Assembly (NCBI GenBank): GCA_963779755.1
Contig: CAVZZO010000001.1
Location: 1,184,001-1,248,000, forward strand
Direction: 5' to 3'
Length of the DNA stretch: 64,000 bases
DNA from: an uncultured Gemmatimonadales bacterium
Lineage (GTDB): Bacteria; Gemmatimonadota; Gemmatimonadetes; Gemmatimonadales; GWC2-71-9
Part shown: positions 29,277 through 39,584 of the stretch, in pieces
How the letters are laid out: each line of letters opens with the position of its first letter
Position numbering within the stretch: the stretch's first letter is position 1
Program-made: the position numbers and the translations under genes
The notes under the pieces: model-generated
Database searches by the model: none
What the model was told of the DNA's origin: nothing
The model's input: the letters and a program-made list of their open reading frames with translations, nothing else

Positions 29277-30241
29277 AACGAACCGGTCGGTGGCTGGCGA
29301 TCGCGCTGATGGTCCTGCTGGGGGCGGCGGGGACGCTGTCCGCGCAGCAGAGCGAGACGAGCGAAGCCTTCCGCTCGGCGCAGGTGGACCACACGCCCAG
29401 CGAGCGGGAGGTGGACATCATGGGCCACCTCGCCAACTCGCGCTCCATCGAGATTCCCTGGTTCAATCACAGCTATGTGAAGGTGATCACGCTGCCGTCG
29501 ATCCCGCCGATCCGGATCGGCAGTGTGGAGATCGACCTGTCGCCGACCAAGCACTCCGTTTTCCTGGTGTTGGCGGCCGCCATCGTCGGTCTGATCTTCA
29601 TCCTGAGCGGCCGCTCCATCCAGCGGGCGCACGATCGCGGCGAGCCGCCGCGGGGCTTCGCCAACGCGATGGAAGCCACCGCGCTCTACATCCGGCAGGA
29701 GGTGATCCTGCCCAACGTGGGGCCGCACGGCGAGGGCTACGTGCCCTACCTGCTCACCACGTTCTTCTTCATTCTCGCCTGCAACCTGCTGGGCCTCATC
29801 CCCTACGGCGCGACGCCCACGGGCAACATCGCCGTCACCGGCGCCCTGGCGGTGCTGGCGTTCGTCATCATCGAGATCAGCGGGATGCGGAGCCTCGGCT
29901 TCAAGGGCTACCTGGGGACAATTTTCTTCCTTCCTCCGGGCCTGCCGACCATCATGAAGCCGGTGATCCTCCTCATCATGACGCCGATCGAGATCATCGG
30001 GAAGCTGGCCAAGCCGTTTGCGCTGGCCGTCCGCCTCTTTGCCAACATGACGGCGGGGCACGCGCTGGTGCTGGCCCTGATCGGGCTCACGTTCACGTTC
30101 CAGAGCTACGTCGTGGGCGGCGCCGCCTCGGTGATGGCCACCGGCATCATGGTGCTGGAGGTGTTCGTGGCCTTTCTGCAGGCCTTCGTGTTCACACTGC
30201 TGACGGCCGTATTCATCGGGCTGATGCGGGAAGCGCACTAG
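29273..30241 (+). CDS. atpB: ATP synthase F0 subunit a
   Basis: NLLGLIP, TPTGNI, KPFALAVRLFANMTAGH, LQAFVFTLL. Confidence 0.96.
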   Translation: MKRTGRWLAIALMVLLGAAGTLSAQQSETSEAFRSAQVDHTPSEREVDIMGHLANSRSIEIPWFNHSYVKVITLPSIPPIRIGSVEIDLSPTKHSVFLVLAAAIVGLIFILSGRSIQRAHDRGEPPRGFANAMEATALYIRQEVILPNVGPHGEGYVPYLLTTFFFILACNLLGLIPYGATPTGNIAVTGALAVLAFVIIEISGMRSLGFKGYLGTIFFLPPGLPTIMKPVILLIMTPIEIIGKLAKPFALAVRLFANMTAGHALVLALIGLTFTFQSYVVGGAASVMATGIMVLEVFVAFLQAFVFTLLTAVFIGLMREAH

Positions 30242-30318
30242 CAGGACGGCCCTAATGGACTTCCTCGCGGCCGCTTTTTGAAGGGCCGCTCGGTCGCAGG
30301 GCGGCAGGACGGCAAGGT
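30241..30318. repeat. Dispersed ~80-bp repeat, copy 1
   Basis: gcaggacggccct..ggacttcctcgcggcc..gggccgctcggtcgcagg..acggcaagg recurs at 48294-48362. Confidence 0.8.
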
Positions 30319-30502
30319 GAGGAATGCGCGGCGCCCGGCGTCCGGGGCGCAGGCGCCAGGTACTCCGCCGGATGGCGGAGGAAGCCCGCTGGCCTCAGGG
30401 CCGTTGGCGGGTTGCCACGGAGGAGCCGGTTCGGGAGCACCGGCGTGTCCCCGCGGCGGACGCGGACCCCATGAGGCTCCCACCAGGAGTGGAGTGTTCA
30501 AC

Positions 30503-30784
30503 ATGGTGAACCTGCTTGCGATTCTGCAGGAGCCGGCGGTGGCGGATGCCGCGGGCAAGGGCTACGGACTCATCGGCGCCGGCCTGGCCGGCGGCCTGGC
30601 GACGCTGGGCGCCGGTCTGGGCATCGGCCGCATCGGCGGCCAGGCCTGCGACGGCATGGCCCGCCAGCCGGAGAACAGCGCCCGGATTCAGACCGCGATG
30701 ATCATCTCCGCGGCCCTGATCGAAGGCGTCGCGCTCTTCGTGTCCGTCATCGCGCTGCTGATGCAGGGCAAGGTGACGTTCTAG
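30503..30784 (+). CDS. atpE: ATP synthase F0 subunit c
   Basis: GAGLGIG, ARQPE, AALIEG; GGAG RBS before ATG 30503. Confidence 0.96.
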   Translation: MVNLLAILQEPAVADAAGKGYGLIGAGLAGGLATLGAGLGIGRIGGQACDGMARQPENSARIQTAMIISAALIEGVALFVSVIALLMQGKVTF

Positions 30785-30868
30785 GTAAGCGGTAAGCGGT
30801 GAGCGGTGAGCGGTGAGCGGTATGCGGGATCGCCCGCTCACTGCTCACCGCTCACTGCTCACCGTCAC
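30784..30868. repeat. Heptamer-repeat hairpin (GGTGAGC)n / (GCTCACC)n
   Basis: six ggt(a/g)agc-like units, then four gctcac(t/c) units, between atpE and atpF. Confidence 0.8.
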
Positions 30869-30894
30869 GAACCCTCAAGGCGGAAAGAAATCCC

Positions 30895-31443
30895 ATGATG
30901 GTTGCGATGCTTGCGGCTCTCCTCCAGGAGCACGGCGAGGGTGCCCCCGCCGGACCGCTGGTGGTGAACGGCGGCCTGGTGATCTGGACGCTGGTGGTCT
31001 TCATCCTGCTCCTGCTGGTGCTCAGGAAATGGGCCTGGCCGGCCATCCTGGGCGCCGTGGAGGCGCGGGAGGCCCGCCTGGAGCAGCAACTGGCCGATGC
31101 CGAACGCAAGCAGCAGGAAGCGGCGGCCTTGCTGGAGCAGCACAAGAAGCTCATCGCCGATTCGCAGATCGAAGCCCAGGGCATCCTGGCCGAAGCCCGC
31201 CGGGTCGCCGAAGGCGAGCACGGGAAAGCGCTGGAACGGGCCCGGCAGGAGCAGGAAGAGCTGCTGGCGCGCGCCCGCCGGGAGCTGGCCTCCGAGCGGG
31301 ATCGCGCCATTATGGAACTCCGGCGTGAAGCGGTGGATCTCTCGCTGGCCGCGGCATCCAAGCTGGTGAGCCAGCGTCTGGACAGCGCGGGCGACCGCAA
31401 GCTGGTGCAGGACTACCTGGCCAAGCTCGAGGCGGCTTCGTGA
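30895..31443 (+). CDS. atpF: ATP synthase F0 subunit b
   Basis: TM ending KWAWPAIL...EARE followed by a long coiled coil. Confidence 0.94.
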   Translation: MMVAMLAALLQEHGEGAPAGPLVVNGGLVIWTLVVFILLLLVLRKWAWPAILGAVEAREARLEQQLADAERKQQEAAALLEQHKKLIADSQIEAQGILAEARRVAEGEHGKALERARQEQEELLARARRELASERDRAIMELRREAVDLSLAAASKLVSQRLDSAGDRKLVQDYLAKLEAAS

Positions 31444-31973
31444 GGCCCATTACCATCGCCCGGAACTACGCCGAGGCGCTGTTCGAGCTGGGCGAGAAGT
31501 CCGGGCAGACCGGGCTCTATACCGATCTGATGGATGCCGTGGCCGCCGCCGTGGAGAACGAGCCGCGGGTCCAGGCCGTCATGATGTCGCCCCGGATCAC
31601 CAAACAGGCGAAGGCAAGTCTGCTCGCCGGGGCGCTGCCCGATGCCCCGCGGGAGTTCGTGCTGTTCATTCAGGCGGTGATCCGCCGGGGACGGCAGGGG
31701 CTGTTTCGCCTCATGTCCGACGAGCTGCTGGGGTTCCTCGACCTCAAGTTCAACCGGGTCCATGCGGGGATCACGGTGGCGCGCGAGCCGGACGAGGCTA
31801 TGCGGCAGGCCGTGATCGACGGCCTCAGCCGGGTGCTGGATAAAGAGGTCCTGCCGACTTTCCGGATTGACCCCGAGATTCTGGGTGGTCTGGTGGTCCG
31901 GGTGGGCGACCGTATCTATGACGGATCGGTCCGGCGGCGGATGCTGACGCTGCGGCGGGAGCTGATGAAGTAG
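31440..31973 (+). CDS. atpH: ATP synthase F1 subunit delta
   Basis: IARNYAEALF, IDPEILGGLVVRVGDRIYDGSV. Confidence 0.95.
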   Translation: MRPITIARNYAEALFELGEKSGQTGLYTDLMDAVAAAVENEPRVQAVMMSPRITKQAKASLLAGALPDAPREFVLFIQAVIRRGRQGLFRLMSDELLGFLDLKFNRVHAGITVAREPDEAMRQAVIDGLSRVLDKEVLPTFRIDPEILGGLVVRVGDRIYDGSVRRRMLTLRRELMK

Positions 31974-31976
31974 GCC

Positions 31977-32057
31977 GGGAAAAGGGAAACGGGAAAGGGG
32001 AAAGGGGAAAAGGTCGGAACTCCCGGCCCTTTCCCCTTTCCCCTTTCCCCTTTCCCG
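31977..32057. repeat. (GGGAAAG)n / (CCCTTTC)n hairpin, probable bidirectional terminator
   Basis: inverted heptamer arrays between convergent atpH and the RCC1 gene. Confidence 0.75.
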
Positions 32058-32068
32058 TATCCCCGCGT

Positions 32069-33733
32069 TCAGGGCTGTCCCAGGACCCGCGTAGGCGTGT
32101 AGCTCGGCGTCATGGTGCCGTCTCCCAGCTGGCCGTACTGGTTGCCGCCCCAGCAGTAGAGGGCGCCGGCCACCGACAGGCCGCAGGTGAAGCTGGCGCC
32201 GCTGCTCACCTGGCTGAAGGTGATGCCGCCGCTCACCTGTACTGGCGCGGATCTGATTGTGGTGGTGCCGTCGCCCACCTCACCATTGGCGTTCTTCCCC
32301 CAGCACCAGGTGGTGCCCCCGGTGGTGATGCCGCACGCGTGGTCGCCACGGGCATTCAGGTTGGCGAACGTGTGTCCGCCCGCCACCATGGCGGGCGCCA
32401 GGCGCTGGACCTGGGTCCCGTCGCCTACCTGTCCTTCGGCGTTCCGCCCCCAGCACCAGGCGCTGTCGGCGGAATCCACAGCGCAGGTAAAGTCTCCGCC
32501 GCTGTAGACCGAATCGTACGCCATGCCGCCCTGGACGGCGACCGGAGCGAACTGGTCACTCGTCGTGCCGTCGCCGAGTTCGCCGTCGCCGTTCCGGCCC
32601 CAGCAGTAGGCGAGGCCGGAGGTATCGAGCCCGCAGGTATGGCCGCCCCGCGCGCTGAGATCGCTGAAGGTGTACCCGGGCACCTGAACCGGCACATCGG
32701 CTTGGGCGCTGCCACCGGTGCCCAGGGCACCCTCGTAGCCGCGGCCCCAGCACCAGGCCTCGCCGGCCGAGGTCAGGCCGCAGACATGGGCGTAGCCGGC
32801 CGTCAGCGTCGCGAAGATGTGGCCGCCCGCCACCGGGGCGGGGGCGAGCTCCCGGTGGCCCGAGTTGTCCCCCACCTGGCCCTCGACGTTGGCACCCCAG
32901 CAGTACGCTGCTCCGGCCGGCGTGAGGCCGCAGGTGAACTGCCCGCCGGGAAAGAGCGAGGCGAAGGTGACGTTCCCCTGGACTGCGACGGGTCCTGCCC
33001 GGTTGGTGAGGGTGCCGTCGCCCAGCTGGCCCTCGCTGTTGAGCCCCCAGCAATAGGCCTTGCCGGCCGCGGTCAGGCCGCAGGTGTGATCCACACCGCC
33101 CTGGCTGGCGGGAAAGGAGAGGAAGATGAACGCGCCCCGGGCGGTGGCGGACTTGCCTTCCACCGACGCCGTGATGGTGGCGGAGCCCTGCGCCATCCCG
33201 GTGACGGTACCGTTCGCATCAACCCTGGCTACGGTGGTATCGCTGCTGGTCCAGGTGATGGCGCGGCCCTGCAGGACCTCGCCCTGCGCGCCGGTGACGG
33301 TTGCCGTAAGTGGCTGCGCCACGCCCACGGGCGTGGTGAAGGTGTCGGGAGCGAGGGCGACCCGGGCCACGGGAATCTGCGCCACGGCGATCGCCGCCGC
33401 GCCGGAGCGCGACTGGGCCGTGTTGGTGAGTGTCGCGGTAATGGTGACCCGGCCGGAGCCGACGCCGGCGACCAGCCCGGTGCCGCTCACCGTCGCGACA
33501 CCGGGATCGCTCGACGACCAGCGAAAGGACACGTTGCTCACCGGCTGGCCGCCGGCGTCGCGCGCTTCCGCCTGGAGCTGCAGCTGAGCGCCGACGTCCA
33601 GGCTGCCGCTGTCGGGCGTCACGAGCACGGCGGCGACGGACGGCCCGGAGGGGCCGGTCGAATCCTTGCTCCCGCCGCAGGCGACCAGCGCCACTGCGGC
33701 GAGGCAGCAGGGCAGCCAACGCATGAGACGCAT
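32069..33733 (-). CDS. Lipoprotein with two Ig-like (Big_2) domains and an RCC1/BLIP-II repeat propeller
   Basis: lipobox LVAC, two WxSSD..VA.V...G.V motifs, about 7 repeats of (H/F)TCG...G.A.CWG.N..G.LGDG; AGGAG RBS before ATG 33733. Confidence 0.88.
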   Translation of the reverse strand: MRLMRWLPCCLAAVALVACGGSKDSTGPSGPSVAAVLVTPDSGSLDVGAQLQLQAEARDAGGQPVSNVSFRWSSSDPGVATVSGTGLVAGVGSGRVTITATLTNTAQSRSGAAAIAVAQIPVARVALAPDTFTTPVGVAQPLTATVTGAQGEVLQGRAITWTSSDTTVARVDANGTVTGMAQGSATITASVEGKSATARGAFIFLSFPASQGGVDHTCGLTAAGKAYCWGLNSEGQLGDGTLTNRAGPVAVQGNVTFASLFPGGQFTCGLTPAGAAYCWGANVEGQVGDNSGHRELAPAPVAGGHIFATLTAGYAHVCGLTSAGEAWCWGRGYEGALGTGGSAQADVPVQVPGYTFSDLSARGGHTCGLDTSGLAYCWGRNGDGELGDGTTSDQFAPVAVQGGMAYDSVYSGGDFTCAVDSADSAWCWGRNAEGQVGDGTQVQRLAPAMVAGGHTFANLNARGDHACGITTGGTTWCWGKNANGEVGDGTTTIRSAPVQVSGGITFSQVSSGASFTCGLSVAGALYCWGGNQYGQLGDGTMTPSYTPTRVLGQP

Positions 33734-33859
33734 AATCTCTCCTGAGATGATCAAGGCGCGCCGGCGGCGAATGCCGCCGGCCTGATGGTCAGCAACATTC
33801 CCGGATGCAGGGCAAAAGGCTGTGAGGGGAATCACCCGGCCGCTGGAGCCGGGCGCACG

Positions 33860-34258
33860 TCACACGGGTGGCGCGTCCGGCTCCAGGCGGAGCAGGGTCT
33901 GGATCTTGCGCTGCAGCGAGTAGCCGTCAAAGGGCTTGGCGATATAGGGCGTGGCCGCGTTCAGCACGCGGTTGCGGAAGGTCTCCTCGGTGGAGAAGCC
34001 GCTCATGTAGAGCATCGGGAGCGACGGCCGGCGGGTGGCGACCTCGCGACCCAGCTCGTAGCCGTCCATTCCCGGCATCATGACATCGGTGATGATGAGG
34101 CCGATACCCGTACCGGATTCCGCATCCAGTATCCGGAGCGCCGAGGTTCCGTCGGTGGCCTCCGTGATCCTGTAGCCGAGGCTCTCCAGCATACGTCGGA
34201 GGACGGGGCGCAGGTTCTCGTCATCGTCCACCAGCAGGATGTGGATCTCACCCGACAA
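33860..34258 (-). CDS. Single-domain response regulator
   Basis: ILLVDDD, IITDVMMPGMDG, YMSG, AKPF; AAGGAGG RBS before TTG. Confidence 0.9.
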   Translation of the reverse strand: MSGEIHILLVDDDENLRPVLRRMLESLGYRITEATDGTSALRILDAESGTGIGLIITDVMMPGMDGYELGREVATRRPSLPMLYMSGFSTEETFRNRVLNAATPYIAKPFDGYSLQRKIQTLLRLEPDAPPV

Positions 34259-34490
34259 TGAACACCTCCTTGAAGAACGTGACCCATGCCTCTACCAGCA
34301 CGATAGGCAACGGGGTCTGCCGGGTTGAATGAGGCCCCTCACGGAAAAGGCGTGAGCCTTTCACGCCCATCATGTAGTTCAGCGCGCACGCCGGGCGTGA
34401 GGGGAGTCACCGCTTTCTGGGCTCTCCGCGCGGTGCACGGTTATCTTGTGCCGGGTCCCCCTCTGACCATTCCCCAAACGGCGGCGTACC

Positions 34491-37400
34491 ATGCTGGCGC
34501 TTCTGCTGCTTCCCCTGCTTCTGGCCGACACCTCCACCGGGCCGCTGCCCTACTGGCAGCAGCGGGTGAGTTACGACATTTCCGCCTCGCTGGATGAGCC
34601 GAGCGGCGTGCTGAGCGGCGGCGAGCGCATCTGGTACATCAACCGGTCGCCCGATACCTTGAGCACCTTTGCGCTGCATCTCTATCTCAATGCCTTCCGG
34701 CCCGGCTCCCGCTGGTCCGACGCCGATTCCGCCGAAGGCCGCCGGCGCTTCAACGACCTGCAGGATCCGGATTTCGGGTTCAACCATGTGACCGACGTGC
34801 GGATCATGGGACAGCCGGCGACCCCGGTCTATCCCTTCGCCCCGGACAGCACCATCGTGCGGTTCGAGTTGCCGCACCGGCTGCTGCCGGGCGATTCCAT
34901 GGAGATCACCCTGCGCTACGATGCGCGGCCCAGCACGGTGGCGCGGCGGCAGGGGCGGGAAGGCCGGCGGTTCGATTTCGCCCAGTGGTACCCGCGGGTC
35001 GTCACCTATGACCGTTACGGCTGGGAGGAGCATCCACTCTATCCCGCGGGCGAGTTCTACGGCGAGTTCGGGACCTTCCGCGTGCTGCTGGATGTGGCGG
35101 CGGACCAGGTGGTCGGCGCGACTGGCGTGCCGGTGTGCGGGGATCCCGGCTGGGCGCAGGCCAACCGGGTTGCGGAACATCCGGTGGAGTACCAGCGGGA
35201 CTTCTACCAGGACGGCAGGACGGCAGGACGGCAGGATCGCAAACCGGTCGACTGCGACGTCTACACCCCGGAGCAGTTGCAGGGGCTGCCGGCGCGGCCG
35301 GCGCCCGGGCGGAAGCGGATCTACTGGGTGGCGAAGGACGTGCACCACTTCGCCATGTCGCTCAACCCGGACTTCCGCTACGAGGGCGGGCGCTACCGCG
35401 ACGTGGTGGTGCACGTGCTTTACCAGCCGGGCGACGCGAAGACCTGGGGCAGCGGTGTGGCGGTGCAGCGTACCGTGGCCGCGCTGGACTGGCTGCAGCG
35501 CATCTTCGGCCCGTTCCTGTGGCCCCAGATCACCAACGTGCACCGGATCGAGGGCGGCGGCACCGAGTTCCCCATGATGATCATGAACGGCGGCGCCTCC
35601 CAGGGCCTCATCGTGCACGAGCTGGGGCACAACTACCTGATGGGCATGCTGGCCAATAACGAGTGGCGGGAAGGCTGGATGGACGAGGGCTTCACCAGCT
35701 TCCAGAGCGCGCTCTTCAACGAGGCGCATGGCGGTCGCGACCAGTATCCCGGCCTGGAGAATTTCATCCTGGGGTTCGATCTGGACGGCTACAGCGAGCC
35801 GGTGAGCCTGGTGAGCGAGGATTACCGCGACTTCACCACCTACAACATCATGATCTACGCCAAGGGCGAGCTCTTCCTCTATGAGTTGCGGTATCTGGTG
35901 GGCGACGAGAACCTGGTGCGCATCCTGCACACCTACTACGAGCGCTGGAAACTGAAGCACGTGAACGAGGACGCCTTCCGCGAGGTGGCGGAAGAGGTCT
36001 CGGGGATGGATCTGAAGCCGTTCTTCGCCCAGTGGCTGCACGGGACTCCGCTGTTCGACTACAGTGTGGGCCGGCTCCGCCGCTCCCATCTCGTGGACGG
36101 CACCTGGCAGACGAAGGTCGAGGTGGTGCGGCATGCGGACGGCATGCTGCCGGTGGATGTGATGGTGCAGAGCGGGCAGGACACGGTGACGGTGCGCAGC
36201 AAGGGGCTGGCGGAGCGGGAATGGGTGACCGTGGTGACCCGGGGGAAGCCGAAGGAGGTGGTGCTGGATCCGGAGGTGCGCACCCACGACTGGAACATGC
36301 TGAACAACCGGAAGGGCTTCGGCTGGTTTCACTCACACGGCCGGCCGGACTTCTACCTGGACAAGTTCGTGAGCACCGAGGTCCGGCGGGACCGCCGCAC
36401 GGTGGGGGTCGCCCCCGTCGGCTGGTACAACGACGTGGGCGGGCTCACCGTGGGGCTGCAGAGCCGCTCCGATTACCTGGGCCGGTTCAACCAGAACCTG
36501 GTGCGGGTAAGCCGGACCACCGGTGCCGGGGTCGATGCGGACCCGAAGGACTGGAACGTCGAGTTGCGGCTGCGGAACCCGGTCCAGTTCCGGTCGCCCC
36601 GGACCGGCCAGGAGCTGGACGTGCTCGTGGGCGAGGGGCGCAGCGCGGTGACGGCCTCGCTGCAGCATCACAACAGGAACCACTTCGGCTTCGGGCCCGA
36701 GACGACCACGGGTGTTTCGCTGCAATGGGTAGCGACTACCGGATTGCTGGCCTATCTCATTCCCGGCCGCTGGGAGGACGCGGGCACGGTGGAAGGGCAG
36801 GCCTGGGGCCGGATCACCGGACGGCACGGCGGCTGGGACCTGACGGGCCGGCTGTCGCTGGGAGGCGGGGTGGAGTACCTCAACCAGACCAGCGGGACGG
36901 TGCTGAACCAGGCCTATGATGCCGAAGGCTATTTCCGCGGAGAGGGAGAAGCCGCCGCCCGGCACGGGCTGGGGGACCATGCCACCCTGGGATTCCGGTT
37001 CTACGCCGGAGCGGCGCTGGCGGCGCACGACGTGGTCAAGCAGCGCCAGATCTTCCTGGCCGGCGCCGACCCGTATGCGCTGCTGGGCAATCCCTTTCTG
37101 CGCTCGCGCGGATCACTCTTCCGGGGGTCGGATTTCTACTACCATGCGCCCGGCGGCGGCAATCTGCGCGGCTTCTCGCCGGCGATGAGCGGCACCCAGG
37201 TCTACGCCCTCTCGGTGGAACTGGAGCGCACGGTGCTGCGGCGTCCCCGGGCCGGTCTCTTCAACCGGGTAAGCCTGGCGGCCTTCGGGGACGGGGCTCT
37301 GAGCGACGCCGGCCTGCTCCCGGGGGCCGGCCCCGAGAACCTCAACGCCTTCGGTGACGCGGGTGTCGGGCTGCGGATCGGCCACCGGCTGGGCCAGACG

Positions 37401-37511
37401 AACTTCGTCACCCGGTTCGACCTGCCGGTGTTCGTCAGCCGGCCCCTGCTGGCACAGGACACCCACCCGGCGAATCAGGTGGGGTTCCGGTGGACGTTCA
37501 GCCTGGAATAG
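34491..37511 (+). CDS. M1 family zinc aminopeptidase with C-terminal outer-membrane beta-barrel-like region
   Basis: YWQQ, QWYPR, GGTEFP, HELGH...WMDEG, YAKG; C-terminal amphipathic strands with GGGNLRGF and terminal FRWTFSLE. Confidence 0.88.
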   Translation: MLALLLLPLLLADTSTGPLPYWQQRVSYDISASLDEPSGVLSGGERIWYINRSPDTLSTFALHLYLNAFRPGSRWSDADSAEGRRRFNDLQDPDFGFNHVTDVRIMGQPATPVYPFAPDSTIVRFELPHRLLPGDSMEITLRYDARPSTVARRQGREGRRFDFAQWYPRVVTYDRYGWEEHPLYPAGEFYGEFGTFRVLLDVAADQVVGATGVPVCGDPGWAQANRVAEHPVEYQRDFYQDGRTAGRQDRKPVDCDVYTPEQLQGLPARPAPGRKRIYWVAKDVHHFAMSLNPDFRYEGGRYRDVVVHVLYQPGDAKTWGSGVAVQRTVAALDWLQRIFGPFLWPQITNVHRIEGGGTEFPMMIMNGGASQGLIVHELGHNYLMGMLANNEWREGWMDEGFTSFQSALFNEAHGGRDQYPGLENFILGFDLDGYSEPVSLVSEDYRDFTTYNIMIYAKGELFLYELRYLVGDENLVRILHTYYERWKLKHVNEDAFREVAEEVSGMDLKPFFAQWLHGTPLFDYSVGRLRRSHLVDGTWQTKVEVVRHADGMLPVDVMVQSGQDTVTVRSKGLAEREWVTVVTRGKPKEVVLDPEVRTHDWNMLNNRKGFGWFHSHGRPDFYLDKFVSTEVRRDRRTVGVAPVGWYNDVGGLTVGLQSRSDYLGRFNQNLVRVSRTTGAGVDADPKDWNVELRLRNPVQFRSPRTGQELDVLVGEGRSAVTASLQHHNRNHFGFGPETTTGVSLQWVATTGLLAYLIPGRWEDAGTVEGQAWGRITGRHGGWDLTGRLSLGGGVEYLNQTSGTVLNQAYDAEGYFRGEGEAAARHGLGDHATLGFRFYAGAALAAHDVVKQRQIFLAGADPYALLGNPFLRSRGSLFRGSDFYYHAPGGGNLRGFSPAMSGTQVYALSVELERTVLRRPRAGLFNRVSLAAFGDGALSDAGLLPGAGPENLNAFGDAGVGLRIGHRLGQTNFVTRFDLPVFVSRPLLAQDTHPANQVGFRWTFSLE

Positions 37512-37617
37512 GATTGAGGATTGAGGATTGTGGATTGAAGGGGGGGAGCCTCCTATCCCCGATCCTCATTCCTCGATCCCCACTCCAGGCTCGCTCCGAT
37601 CCGTCTATCTTTCCGGT

Positions 37618-38205
37618 ATGACCATTCCAGGTTTCCGTCCCGGTGATTTCGGCCGGCGGGACTTTTTTCGCGGGACCTTCGGGGACTGGATCGACAAGGT
37701 AGTGCGGGAGGCGGAGGAGCGGGTGGTGGTCCAGCGCTACTACCGTCCCCCCGGCGCACGGCCGGAAATCGAGTTCCTGGCGGCCTGTACCCGCTGCGGC
37801 GACTGTATCAGCGTCTGTCCGGTGCATGCCATCATCAAGGTGCGCCCCGACGGGGGGCTGGCGGCGGGGACGCCCCATATCGATCCCCGGCTGCAGCCCT
37901 GTATCGCCTGTCCCGACATGCCCTGCGCCGCCGCCTGCCCCACCGACGCGCTCTCGGTGCCGGACCAGGGCTGGGAGGGGCTGCGCCTGGGCCAGCTGGA
38001 GCTGGTGCCCGAGCGCTGCGTCACCTTCCATGGCACCGCCTGCGGCCTGTGCGTGGGGGCCTGCCCCGTGGGCGAGAAGGCGCTGGCGCTGGACGACGAA
38101 GGCCGCCCGGTCCTGCGGGCCGAAGGCTGTGTCGGATGCGGGGTCTGTATCCGGACGTGCATTACGGCGCCGCCCTCGCTGGTCCTTTCTCACGTGGAGC
38201 GCTGA
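37618..38205 (+). CDS. NapF/NapG/MauM-like polyferredoxin (four Fe-S motifs)
   Basis: RRDFF, RPPGA..E..FLAACTRCGDC...CP plus three further Cys clusters. Confidence 0.85.
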   Translation: MTIPGFRPGDFGRRDFFRGTFGDWIDKVVREAEERVVVQRYYRPPGARPEIEFLAACTRCGDCISVCPVHAIIKVRPDGGLAAGTPHIDPRLQPCIACPDMPCAAACPTDALSVPDQGWEGLRLGQLELVPERCVTFHGTACGLCVGACPVGEKALALDDEGRPVLRAEGCVGCGVCIRTCITAPPSLVLSHVER

Positions 38206-38555
38206 TGCCGGAAGTACCCTATCGCGTGGACAAGCCCTGGGGCCATGAGCTGGTCTGGGCCTGCACCGACCGCTACGTCGGCAAGATTCTCCATGTGAAG
38301 GCGGGCCATGTGCTGAGCCTGCAGTATCACCGCCGGAAGGACGAGACCATGCACGTCCTGGCCGGGGAGTTGATCCTGCGCCTCCAGCCGGGCGAGGCCC
38401 TGGAAGAGCGGCGGTTCCGCGCCGGCGAATCGGTTCACATCCCACCCGGCCTGATTCACCAGATCGAGGCGGTCCAGGACACCGATGTGCTGGAAGCCTC
38501 CACTCCCGAGCTCGACGACCTCGTTCGCCTCCAGGACCGCTACGGAAGGAGCTGA
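38205..38555 (+). CDS. Cupin domain protein (mannose-6-phosphate isomerase type II-like)
   Basis: KPWG, LSLQYH..KDET, IH.IEA, EASTP...D.VRLQD.YGR. Confidence 0.88.
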   Translation: MPEVPYRVDKPWGHELVWACTDRYVGKILHVKAGHVLSLQYHRRKDETMHVLAGELILRLQPGEALEERRFRAGESVHIPPGLIHQIEAVQDTDVLEASTPELDDLVRLQDRYGRS

Positions 38556-38558
38556 GGC

Positions 38559-39554
38559 ATGCAAGTGATCATCCCCCTGGCGGGCAAGGGCACGCGCCTG
38601 CGCCCGCATACCCATCTCGTGCCCAAGCCGCTCCTCAAGGTGGGTGGCCGCCCGGTCATGGACTGGGTGATGGACCGGCTGGAGGGGCTGGATGTCACCG
38701 AGCTGATCTTCATCACGGGGCATCTGAAGGAGCAGGTCGAGTCCTATTCGAAAGACCGCTACGGGATTCCCTGCCGCTATATCGAGCAGCAGGTGCAGGA
38801 CGGGACCGCGGGCGCGGTGAATCTCGCCCGGCCCCACATCCGGGAACCCATCCTGATCATCTTCGTGGACACGGTCTTCGAGGCCGATCTGGGCCTGATC
38901 AACCGCAGCGACGCGGACGGGATCATCTGGGCCAAGGAGGTGGAGGACTACCAGCGCTTCGGCGTGGTGGTGACCGACGATGAGGGCTACATGACCCGGA
39001 TCATCGAGAAGCCCTCGGAGCCCATCTCCAGGCTGGCCAACATCGGGCTGTACTTCATCCGCGACACCGGGGCCCTCTGGCAGGGTATCGACCATACCCT
39101 GGCCGCGGCACCGATGAAGGGCGAATACTTCCTCACCGATGCCTTCCAGTACATGATCGACCACGGGCGCCGGATTCTCACCGCCGAGGTGGCGGGATGG
39201 TACGACTGCGGCAAGCTGGAGACGCTGCTGGAGACCAACGAGATCCTGCTGGCCCAGGGGGCGGCCCGGCGGCGGGACTTCCCGGGCGTCACCATCCATG
39301 ATCCGGTATACATTGAGGACAACGTCTCGATCGAATCCAGCACCATCGGCCCCAACGTCAGCATCGAGGCCGGAACCCGGATTGCGGGCAGTACGCTCTC
39401 CCATACCCTGGTGGGGCCCGGGGCCCGGCTCCGCCATGCCCGGCTCACCCGCAGTATGCTGGGTGGCCAGGTCGTGGTCGAGGAGTTTGCCGGGCAGCTC
39501 TCGGTAGGCGACCATTCCGAAGTGCGGGGCAGCGAGGCAGCCGGCCCGGCTTGA
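38559..39554 (+). CDS. Sugar-phosphate nucleotidyltransferase with left-handed beta-helix tail
   Basis: PLAGKGTRLRPHT..PKPL, EKP, WYDCG, hexapeptide repeats. Confidence 0.92.
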   Translation: MQVIIPLAGKGTRLRPHTHLVPKPLLKVGGRPVMDWVMDRLEGLDVTELIFITGHLKEQVESYSKDRYGIPCRYIEQQVQDGTAGAVNLARPHIREPILIIFVDTVFEADLGLINRSDADGIIWAKEVEDYQRFGVVVTDDEGYMTRIIEKPSEPISRLANIGLYFIRDTGALWQGIDHTLAAAPMKGEYFLTDAFQYMIDHGRRILTAEVAGWYDCGKLETLLETNEILLAQGAARRRDFPGVTIHDPVYIEDNVSIESSTIGPNVSIEAGTRIAGSTLSHTLVGPGARLRHARLTRSMLGGQVVVEEFAGQLSVGDHSEVRGSEAAGPA

Positions 39555-39584
39555 CCGTTTCCCGTACGGGAGGCACGTTAGAGA

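Noticed and set aside
34305..34324. sigma54 promoter upstream of the response regulator
   Set aside because: GG-to-GC spacing is 11 rather than the required 10.
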